Source: Prorocentrum cordatum (lineage: Eukaryota). Taken from it: DNA of 64,000 bases. Below the pieces are notes generated by a model. It saw nothing but the letters and a program-made list of their open reading frames with translations, was not told where the DNA came from and did not search any database. The position numbers and the translations under genes were made by a program. Below are positions 1 to 9,700 of this stretch, piece by piece; within the stretch, counting starts at the first letter, position 1; each line of letters begins with the position of its first letter. The DNA lies in assembly GCA_963575745.1 (NCBI GenBank), contig CAUYUJ010000002.1, positions 372,001 through 436,000 of the forward strand, written 5' to 3'.

Positions 1-600
1 GCGGCGTGATGCAGGTTGAATGGACATAAAGTCTGGAGGCTCACAGGGTGGGATGATCATGGCCATGGCGGAGAAGACGATTTTGGACGGACATCGCACG
101 GCCGTGTCAGTAATACAAGGAGCTTCAAGGGGACTACCACGTGCGACGAGGAGTTCACTTATTGCTGACATTCAGATGAGGACGATTACAGGCAAGGCGC
201 AGGAGCACGCCAGACTGGCTTGGTTCGAGGTGCTCGCCGGGAGACCCATCAAGTATCAGGAGATCAGCGAGTGCATTCAGAAGGTTCCCGGGGCGTTGGT
301 TACCGATTGCAAGGCCATGTGCGACAGCGCGGTGCGAGCATGCGCGTCTGGGCATGGCTGCAACGACCAGCGATCTGCGATCGAAGCCCTCGCGCTGAAG
401 CAGAGCACGAGGCAGCACTTGCCTCGCTACGGTGGGTGCGCTCGGAGGCAATGGTTGCCGACGGCCTCGCCGAGCTGGAGACCCCAGCGTTGCAGATGAC
501 CCCAGCGTTGCGTTACAAGCAGGCATGGGCCCTAGTTCAGGATTCCAGTTTTACGCCAGCAGAGAAGAGGAATCTCATGCGCAAGGAAGTTCTGCACAGC
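1..600 (+). pseudogene. Decayed Ty1/copia-like pol C-terminus (RNase H region), frameshifted
   Basis: Pieces in ORFs 20..499 and 220..930 (ARLAWFEVL, ALVTDCKAMCD, DQRSAIEALALKQ, LRWVRSEAMVADGL) resemble the copia RNase H motifs VTDCKSLYD, KR..IE and LRWV....QLADGL. They are split across two frames. Confidence 0.6.
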
Positions 601-1173
601 ATGGGCAAGGAGGACAGCAGGCCCCCCGTCATCCCGAGTTTCAGCGACTCGGACCTCGAGGGTGACTTCGAGGATGCGCAGCAGGACAGCCAGCAAATGA
701 TGAGCCACAGTCTCAGGGCTCACACCTCTTCTTTTGCAGCTCTGTCTCACCTCATTTACTCTCGCACTCTCGTTTCAGGGCTGGCGACTTACAGCTTGAA
801 TAATAGGGGAACGCTGAACCCCCCGTGTCGTAGAACTCGGATTCCCCAGGGAGACATTCATAGGATTTCGGGAACTTCCGACCCGGTACCGTTTCAACGT
901 TTCAAGGAGATGTCCAGTCCGATTTCGTAATTATTTTCAATGCTCGAGCGTTTTGTGCGCGGTTTCGGATTACATGCTGATTTGGCTCGTGAACGAGCCC
1001 GCCTTTGTCCTGAGGAAAATATCTACCTTACCTATTTCATTGTACAGTTCGGTTGGTATCGACATCGGCCATATCTGCGAACTCTCGCGAGTTACCCCGA
1101 CGAGATCGACAAGAGATCCATATTGTCCTCCTCCTTGTCCTCCTCCTCGTCCTCTTCCTCCTCCTCCTCTTCC

Positions 1174-1228
1174 TGCTTCTTCTATTCTCTGTGAGCAAGC
1201 TCCTGCTGTCTCCGCAGCTTCTCTGCCC
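1174..1228 (+). repeat. Terminal repeat A1 of YR element 1 (55 bp)
   Basis: tgcttcttctattctctgtgagcaagctcctgctgtctccgcagcttctctgccc, identical at 11424-11478. Confidence 0.95.
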
Positions 1229-1264
1229 AAGTGCCCCCCCGTCGGCCGCGCGTGCGGACGCCTT

Positions 1265-1789
1265 ATGCAGGCGGTCGCACAAGCGGCTCTCGGGGGCGCT
1301 GGGGAGATCTTCTTCAGGGGGCTGCGGGCCGCGCTCTACGAGCGGCTCGTGTCTGCCCCCCTCTCTGTGCTTCAGGACCAAGGGCCTCCTGCGCCTGCCT
1401 GGTCCATCCAGCAGGCGGACTCGTCCGAGGGTGAGGGGGCTTACTGCCCCCTCCCTTCGGCGGGTTCCGCCTGCCCCACCGTCTGCCTCGGGCTGGCGGT
1501 GGATCTGAGCGGCGGGGTCTCTCCCTGGCTGCTCAGCACGGTCGTCGCCCTCCTTTGGGTGACGGCCGCGTGCAGCGCCTGCGCAGGCTGCTGCTTCGGG
1601 CTGCTGGGCCCGTACGTGTGGCGGAGGCTCAGGGCCTCCGCCTGGCCGCGCGGTGCGGTTCCTGCTTCCCCTGAGCAGGACCGCCGTGCGGCGCGAGCGC
1701 TGGCTTACGGGGTTCCGCCTCGGCCTCGAGCGCTCGAGCGGGCAGGCGCCCAGCATTCGGGCGGCAGTTCCCACGACAGCGCCCATTGA
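1265..1789 (+). CDS. Small upstream ORF0 of YR element 1, about 174 aa, with a predicted transmembrane helix
   Basis: First in-frame ATG inside the element is at 1265 (frame of track ORF 953..1789). Hydrophobic stretch WLLSTVVALLWVTAACSACAGCCFGLLGPYVW is followed by RRLR. The TGA overlaps the next ATG (TGATG). Confidence 0.55.
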   Translation: MQAVAQAALGGAGEIFFRGLRAALYERLVSAPLSVLQDQGPPAPAWSIQQADSSEGEGAYCPLPSAGSACPTVCLGLAVDLSGGVSPWLLSTVVALLWVTAACSACAGCCFGLLGPYVWRRLRASAWPRGAVPASPEQDRRAARALAYGVPPRPRALERAGAQHSGGSSHDSAH

Positions 1790-3729
1790 TGGCTGAGCTG
1801 CCACCAGTTGGCGGAGGGCCTCTATGGCCCGAGCTCTACCCATTCGCGGCTCCCACGGCTCGCGATTACGCACGATGGCGCCTAGACGACGGCGACACCA
1901 GCTGGGCAGCTATCCCCCTCGCGTCTCGAGAAGGGGGCATCCTTCTGGCCCTGCCTGGCGCCTTTCGCTCTACGGCGGAGCTCGTGGCTGCCGAGGCGGA
2001 TGGCTTTGCAGGAATGATAGGCCCTTTCCAGCTAGTGGACGTCCAGCTCCAGGGGGCCGCTTCACGGCCGCTCGCCACTACTGCATCCGTCCTCGTCGTA
2101 GACATCGAGGTTGCAGAGCTCGAGCTCGAGTCGCTTTACCCTCTAGAGGTCGGGGAGGACGCAGTCATCGTTCCCTTCGCCGAGGTGCGGGGCCGCGCCT
2201 ATTGGCCACATCTTTCGGGGGTTTGGGTGCTTCGCGAGGGCTACGCACGCTTGCACGGCGCCCCGCCTACTGCAGGAGAAGAGCCGCTCCCAGGGGCCGA
2301 TCGGGCTACTCCCTATCACTCTGCCGACGAGATGGAGGAACCCGAGGGGTTCGCGGCCGACGGGGAAGCCGACCGCACGGCCCCAAGTGCGCGATCTCCC
2401 GCGGACGCTGGAGCGCCGCGCGGCCCGCCCGCGAAGCGCGCGGGCACCGCCGCGCCGCCACGGGTTGCGGGTCCCGCTCCGATCGCTCCTGGTGCCCCTG
2501 CGGCGTCTCTGGACGACGGGGCTCCTATGACCCGTGCCGAAGTAGCTGCCGAAATGCGCGCCTTGCTTGCAGCCCACGCGGCCTCCACGATGGTCGGCAG
2601 ACCCGAGCCGCTGGGCCCCGCGCCGGCTGCCCGGAGCGATCGGCCCGAGGTGCCTCAGCTTTTCAGCGACGAAGCGGTGCGCCTCGGGCTGGATCCTGCG
2701 GGGATCGAGGCCGTCCTGTCTCACGCGCCCGTGGCCCCACAGCGGGTCTCCGCGCGTCCCAAGGGTCCGACCTCCGCGCTGGTCTCGGCGTGGGAAAAGG
2801 CGCGCTCTCTTGCTGTCCCTCGGGCCCCTTCGTCCGGTTTCGGAGCGATGGGCCCCCCGCCGCCACCTGGGCTAGCCCATCCCGCTGCGGCCGACGGCTT
2901 TGCCGAGGCGGGCGGCGCCGACGGGTCAGAGCCGCCCCATGCGGCCAATCCGACGGACTTCAGCCTCATGCTACAGTGCCTGCACCAGTCCCTCCTATTG
3001 CAGCAGGGGCGGGGCCATCGCCCAACCGTCCATCCGCTTCTGGGGACCCTGAGCGACTCAGCTCAAATTCCGCCCACGAGCTCGGGCGACCCCGCGCCCG
3101 CATCGGCCCAGATGGGGGGCATTGCTCGGAGGCGCGAGTGGCAGCAAGCGCTGCTACAGCACGGCCCCGATGTGCGAGGACTGATGAAGGAGAATTTGGC
3201 CCGTGTCCTGGGCGTGGAAGTCAGCGCCGTGACCCCCATGGCCATGCATCAGTATTTTCGGGAGCACAGTCCCTTGGGGGCTCAGCCGACGACGCACGAG
3301 TTGTTGACGCATTTCGCCTTCCTCAGCGCCGAGCTGTGGCGGGCCTGCGAAGAGGGCAACCCCGAGAGAGTCCAGACTTTACTGACGTGTCAGTGCATGT
3401 TCATCGACCAGCTGGCGGGGGACCGCGGCTATCTCGAGGCCGCCTGGTTCCTTACGGGGCTGGAGCCTCCCCCGTGTCGCGTGACCAGTCGTCGCACGGA
3501 GCGCGAGGCCCAGACCCCGTTCTCACCCCTGGTGGATCCTCGCTGGCTGTCGGCGCAGGGCGAATACGTGAAGGAGCTGCAAGCATTTCGGGCGCGTCTC
3601 GACGCCGAGCGCGCCGTCGCGCTCCCCAAGCATCCACCTCATCAGCCCAAGCAGCCCAAGGTTTCGAAGCCCCCCGCCAAGTCCCAGGGTGCGTCCAAGG
3701 CACCGAAGGCGGTGCCCAAGAAGGACTGA
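1789..3729 (+). CDS. Gag-like ORF1 of YR element 1 (646 aa)
   Basis: Position directly upstream of pol. Globular N- and C-terminal blocks (MFIDQLAGDRGYLEAAWFLTGLEPPP...PFSPLVDPRW) flank a Pro/Ala-rich linker, with a basic tail. Assigned by position, not by a search. Confidence 0.7.
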   Translation: MAELPPVGGGPLWPELYPFAAPTARDYARWRLDDGDTSWAAIPLASREGGILLALPGAFRSTAELVAAEADGFAGMIGPFQLVDVQLQGAASRPLATTASVLVVDIEVAELELESLYPLEVGEDAVIVPFAEVRGRAYWPHLSGVWVLREGYARLHGAPPTAGEEPLPGADRATPYHSADEMEEPEGFAADGEADRTAPSARSPADAGAPRGPPAKRAGTAAPPRVAGPAPIAPGAPAASLDDGAPMTRAEVAAEMRALLAAHAASTMVGRPEPLGPAPAARSDRPEVPQLFSDEAVRLGLDPAGIEAVLSHAPVAPQRVSARPKGPTSALVSAWEKARSLAVPRAPSSGFGAMGPPPPPGLAHPAAADGFAEAGGADGSEPPHAANPTDFSLMLQCLHQSLLLQQGRGHRPTVHPLLGTLSDSAQIPPTSSGDPAPASAQMGGIARRREWQQALLQHGPDVRGLMKENLARVLGVEVSAVTPMAMHQYFREHSPLGAQPTTHELLTHFAFLSAELWRACEEGNPERVQTLLTCQCMFIDQLAGDRGYLEAAWFLTGLEPPPCRVTSRRTEREAQTPFSPLVDPRWLSAQGEYVKELQAFRARLDAERAVALPKHPPHQPKQPKVSKPPAKSQGASKAPKAVPKKD

Positions 3730-6700
3730 GGGCGCCTTTGGCGCCCGCCTCCTGGAAGGGTGGGCCTTCGCGGGGCCGGGGTACGCCGCCGCACACAGTC
3801 TGCACCGACGCTGTTGCGGCTGCTAGGCGCGTTTGGGCTCAGCGAGGGCGTGAGGGTAGGAATGCGCTCTTCCAGCGATGCTGTTGCGGCCCCGCAGGGA
3901 GGAGTACGTTCCGCCACCACGCCCTTCGCTCTGCTCCGAACCGCTTCTCGGATCCCTTCGGCCATTTTGGCCGGCGCCTGCCTCAGTCGCGCGCGCCCTC
4001 CAGGGGGCCTGCAGCTCCTGAGGTTGGTGTCCCTGCTGGTGCCTGTTCTCCTTCAAGCACCCCTGCTGCACTTGCCAAAGTCGCGCCATTCGTCGCTGAC
4101 TTGTCTGCCTTGCTGCGCCTGTTTCCAGGCGCGAACATTGATATCACCCACTGGGCGGCAGCGCTGTCCCAGGTTGGGATGGGTGCTCGATGTTCTCTTG
4201 GATCTTTCTCCCGCTCATCTATGCGTGCAATGGACAGGGACGACCCGTACCTTTTGGGGCCGCCTCCCCGCGATCCTTGGCCGTGCCCGCCTGCTCCACC
4301 TCTTGGTCCCCCGCCTGACGGCTTGTCGGCGAGGCGCAGGGAGCGCTGGAGATTGCGGCGCGCGGCGCGGACGCTCGCGCAGTATTCTGTTATTGCGTTG
4401 AACTGGCTCACCTTGGGTCATCCTAGCCTCGCTCCCGCCGAGGCTCGCGTCCGCGCCACGGTCTCGCCCTGCCAGGAGGGCGTCCGCACCCGTATCGAAC
4501 GGTTGTGTCGGATCGCAGTTCGCCTCGCCCGTGGCGGCAAGAGCGACTTAGGTCGAGCCTTCGCCAAGTTCGACTCCACTGAGGTCTCGCTCCATGGCCT
4601 GGCCACCCATGTTGCAGCTTTGGAGGCCTCCTTCACTTCCTCTTCTTCCGTACCCGCCCCCATGCGGCACTGCCCGACCAGCGCTCCTTCTGTGCCTGGT
4701 TCGTTGGCGGCTGCGGCGGCTTGGGACTCCACCCAGGCCGAGCCCTTCGATTTGAAAGTCAGGGCGTCTCGCATCAAGTGGGATTATTCGCCAGAGTTTG
4801 ATCCCGTTCCCTTCCTCTCCGACGCTCGAGTCCGCGAAGCTTTCATCGATCCAGAGGTGATGCGGCTACCGGCATCAGAGTGGCCTGCTGGCCAGAAGGG
4901 AGCGCGCGTCCATATGGACCGCGCCGAGCTGTGGGCCCTACTCCAGAAGTGGGATGCCTGTGGCGCCCTGTACCTGACTCCTGCTTCGGACCTCGCCTGG
5001 GATGAAGCCTGTGGAGCTTTCAGGGTACCGAAGGACAGCGATTTCGACAGGCTGATCCTGAACCCCACGGTCGTGAACAGCCGCTGTGCTTCAATTTCGT
5101 CCAGCACCCAGCGCCTTGGCCAAGGTTTCCTGCTGTGCCGTTTGGGGCTGGCACCTGGGGAATGGCTGGCAGTTTCTTGTGACGACCTACGGGAGTTTTA
5201 CTACACTTTCCGCGTCCCTCCCGCGCGCGCCAGACGTAACGCCCTGCGCGTTCGTCTGCCATCATCTCGCTTCAAGGCCTTTCAAGCCTGGCGCCCCGAG
5301 CTTGAAGGTGTGGATGTTGCGCCCTGCCTCAATGCTCTGGCGATGGGCGACAACATGGCTGTGGAGATTGCCAACTCTGCGCATGAAGGCGTCTTGCACA
5401 GCTTCGGGGCTTTGCGGCCTCACGAGCAGGTTGTCCACCGCTCGCCCTTCCCGCGGGGCCCGTTTGTCGAGATGCTGAATATTGATGACCATACAGGTTT
5501 TCAGAAGCTCTCGTGGCGTGGCTCCGCTCCTCGCCCCGACGACCCGTGTCGCCGTGATCGTGAGGTCTTTGCCGCCTGTGATGCGGGCTACCCGCGCGTG
5601 GGCCTGATACAGCATCCAGGCAAGCGCGCGCGCGGCGAAACGCACAAGGTGGTGGTGGGCGCCGAGGTGGAGGGGCGCATAGGCATCGTCTGCGCTCCTC
5701 TTGTGCGGACGGTGGCCTTGTGCAGACTGACCCTGATCCAAATCTACCTCGGGATCACCACCCGCTCCCTGCTAGCCTCTCTTGTGGGCTGCTGGGTCCA
5801 GGTCTTCCTCTATCGCCGCCCGATGCTCGCCATCTTCACGCACGTCTACAACTTCTTGTCGCGCCTGGCGACCGAGGACGGCATCGAATACGACTTGCCC
5901 CCTTATGTTCGCGACGAGCTTCTGGCCTGCACCTTTTTAGCCTTTACGGCTATAACCGACCTTCGGGCGCAGCCTTGCCCCGAGGTGTTCGGTACGGACG
6001 CGTCTCTCGGCTGGGGGGGCGTTGTCCGCGCTCCTATCAGCCCGCAGCTCTCCGCCGAGCTGTGGCGCAGATCGGAGCACGGGGGGTGGCACACGATTCT
6101 GCACAATCGGAGCCTCCTCGCCGTACTCAGCCGCGGCGTGCCCTTGGGCCCTGAGCTCACCCAACTGCATCACGACCTGGGGCTCCCGTCTATTGAGCCC
6201 CCCGTCGCGCCGCGTTGGGTCACCGAGCTATCAGAGGCGCTGCGCTTTCGGCTCGCGTACAAATGGGAGTTTCGCATGCCTCGTCACATCAATATCCTTG
6301 AGACCACAGTGTATAAGAGTCTGTGCAAATACTGTTGTGTTCGCCTCCCTGACTCTCGTATCCCCGTTCTCCTGGATTCAAAAGTGGCTTTGGGCGCGAC
6401 CGCGCACGGGCGCAGCAGCTCTCCTGGTCTATCTCATGTTCTCTCGACCACTTTGCCCTATGTGATAGGAGGAGGTTTATATATGGGAGGCATGTACGTG
6501 CCCACGGACGTGCATAGGGCCGACGATCCCACGCGCAACCGTGCGGTGAGGCCCCCGTCTCGTGACCCTCCCGCCTGGTTAGTGGAAGCAGAGAGAGGAG
6601 AATTTACTCGCTTTGATTGCATCGCGTACGCCGACTCCCGCTCGTCATTCCCTACTTGTCTCTGGGGCCGATTTGTTGCGCAGCTTGTGGCTCGAGGCCC

Positions 6701-9700
6701 CGAGGGGTTGCTCAGCCACCGTTGGGCGGCCGCCCCCCCCCTCTCGGTGGGCGCGGGGATGGCCGCCGACGCCGCCGGCGACGGCGCCCAGGGCGAAGCC
6801 CTCGACCCCTCGGGCGCCGCCGAGAGCAGCAGCGAAGCTGCTCTCGCCAGCGGAGAGCGTCGCGGGCCTCGCAACGCGCTCTTCGCTGACAGCGACCGGC
6901 CTCTCACATCCACAGCAGACGCCACGCCCAAAGCGTCTGCGTCCTCGGAGGGCGGCTCGCACGGCCCCGACCCTGCCGCCGCCAGCGCTGGTTCGGCTCC
7001 CCCGGCCGCCAAGCGTGCTCCGCCTCTGGCCCTCCGCTCCAAGGCCGCGGCGGCCCCTCCGCCTGCGATCGGGGGGGGCTCGTCGCGCGTCGGCTCACGG
7101 GAAGCGCCAAAGGGGGCCACGGCTGCTACCCCCCGCATCTTCCAGCGAGCGGCCAGGGTGAGCGCCTCTCGCCAACTGCTTGGCGTCGTGGACGGGGCCT
7201 CGCGCAGCACCATCGAAGCCGCCTTCAGGCGCCAGTCCCTAGTCTACCATCCAGACAGGACTCCTGCGCACTTGGGGGCCGATGAGCGAGCAGCCCGCGC
7301 GCTCAACTGGAAGCAGCTCTGTGACGCCAAGTCAGTGTTGCTCCAGGCCCTCTCGCAGGCCGCCGCGCCGCCCGCTGGTCCTAGCACGGGCGGTGACGGT
7401 CCTGCCGCTCGCGCCTACGCCCAGGCAAAAGCGGCAGGGAAGGGCGCCCGCAAGGGCAAGCTGGCTCCTGGGTCGACCATGGCCCTTCAGGCGCTCGAAG
7501 AAGCGGTCTCTTCGCGGGTCGCCCTGGCGAGTGCCGAGCTGGCCCCTCGGGCTGCCCTCCCCGCCTCGGGCGCGCCTCTCCCAAGGAGCGGGGTTTCGTC
7601 TGCCCTCGCGACGCGGGCGGCTGAGTCTGATGCCATCCTCGCCTCCGCCGTGTCGCGCGGCCGCGTGGAGCTCGACGCACTCCGCGCCGCGCGTGCCGAC
7701 GCCACCAGGCGCACGGTGCAGGCTCCTGCACGCGGCGAAGGCGAGCGTGCCGTCGCTCGTGCCGAGCTCGCGGAAGGGATGGCCGATCGCGCCTACTTCC
7801 GACGCTTGCGCGAGGCCGCCAGTCGTGAGGCCGCGGGCTTGCCGCGTACGGCTCCCGTCCAGCTGGGTCGGGATTGGCGCAAAACTCTGCGCGCCGTCCT
7901 GCACAACGCTGAGGTCTCGACGGGCCTCGCCAACGCGGATCGTGCCGCTCGTGCTGGGGACGCCCCCGCGTCGTCCACTGGGCGCTCCCTGGCCGAGGTG
8001 GAAGCTGTGGACCCGCGCGCCTTGGCGAGACCTGCCGACGACCCAGCGTCCAGCTTCAGTCGTCGTGAGGGGCGCGCGGTCCGCGCCCGCCTGGGCCCGC
8101 GGGACGAAGCTGTCGAGGACCAGCCCAATCGCGGGGGTCACGCGCCGCACTCCGCCTCGCGCACGGGCGGCACGCGCAACAGGCGCGCCAAGAAGCAGCG
8201 GCGAGCTTCGACGGCGGCGCCCCCCGCCCCTGAGGGGGGGCCCGACACGACGCCGGGCCGCAGGGCGCGTCGCACTGCTAATGCGCGCCGCTGGGCAGGC
8301 GCGGCACGCCCCAGCTCCGCCGCGGGAGTGGGCCCTCCACCGCGGAGCCGCAGCCCTGCCCGCAGCCGCACGCGGTCTCCGAACCCGTACGGGACTGATC
8401 GCACCTCTCCCTCGGGAGGCTGCTCCTCGCCTCCCATCGACGGCTCGATCTCGCCTGAGGAGCCTTCGGGGCCGCCGGCGGGGGAGGCATCGGAGGGCCC
8501 GCACACTCCTGACGGGTCTCCGCCCGCGAGCGCCCGCAGCCGCTCGAGAGCGGAGCCCGCGTGCGAGGAGGACTCTCCGACGGAGCTCGAGGACGTCGTG
8601 CTGAGTGCCCTCGCTGACTCCTCGGTGGACCTCGAGCGCGTCGTGGCGGGCCTGAACCCCGAGGTCCTCCTCCGCTTGCAGGCGGCCTTCCCTCGCCGCG
8701 CGGAGGCCTCTCCGCCCGCCGCTCACGCCGCGGCTCGCAGCCGCTCTCGGGGCCGCGGCACGCGCGCAGGCTCCGAGACGCCGCGGCCCGTCCCCCCGCC
8801 GCCGCCACCACCCCGTCACCACTCTGGTGGGCGTGCGGCGTCGCGATCCCGCGGGTCGGCCGCCGGCCAGGGGCTTAGTCGAGCGAACGCGCGCGACTCC
8901 TCTCGTGCGCCTTCGCGTCAGGCGACGTCGCCTGGGCGTCGCGAGGTGCGCTCCCCTCGAGTCGCTCCGAAGCGTCGCCCGAGCCCCGCCACTTCGCAGC
9001 AGCCAGCCACGCCCCGCCATGGTGCGAGCTCGGACGTCGCCTTCGCAGGCAGCTCCCGCGCGGACTCCGCTGCTCAGGCCCCTCCGACTTCGGTAGGCAT
9101 GCGCTCTTCCAGCGATGCTGTTGCGGCCCCGCAGGGAGGAGGGCGTGCCGCCGAGGAAGGGGGGTCTTCGAGTGGCTTCGCGCTTGGCCGAGCTTCAGAG
9201 CCCGAGCTGCATCTCAGCGGCTCTCACAGCGGTGACGCTGGAAGCGCCGCGGCTGCAGCCTTCGCAGCGCGGCGCACGGCCTCTGCGGCCGCTGAGCAGC
9301 CCTTGCCTCCAGGGGCCGCCAGCGCCCTAGCGTGGCGCCTCAATATCGGCGGTGAGAAGATCACTGTGGTGAGGTGGGGACCCGCCTGGCAAGCTGCCTT
9401 CCAGAGCGCGGCGTCGTGGCTGAGGTCTTTCGCACCCGCAGGGGCCGCCGAGCCCGAGGGCAAGGATGACTTGCACTGCCTCCTGCGGGCCTTGCACGCC
9501 TACAAGCGCCTGTTTCAGACAGGCGGCGCCGAGCCGATCGACGAGGCCTCGTGGTTGCATCCTTACGTGGCCGTCGTCGAGCCCGAGGCTATCCCCGCGC
9601 ATGCTGACCTCCAAGCCATGGGGGCGGGCGCCATCCGTGGCATCGGGCTCGGCTCAAAGATCGAGCAGCGGCGGCGCGCGGGCAAATTGGCCTGCCTTTT

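Noticed and set aside
670..800. 3' LTR of the copia-like fragment
   Set aside because: No second copy in the window and no clear polypurine tract, so the boundaries cannot be supported.
3455..3477. ggggctggagcc in YR element 1 as another copy of the LINE hairpin
   Set aside because: It would lie on that element's antisense strand, the lower stem is irregular, and it is an isolated occurrence.
3855..3904. Hammerhead ribozyme
   Set aside because: A three-way fold is possible, but the CUGANGA and GAAA cores are absent.
7332..9020. Long antisense and alternative-frame ORFs throughout the GC-rich elements
   Set aside because: Arg/Ala/Gly/Pro-rich shadows expected from stop-codon scarcity, with no motifs.
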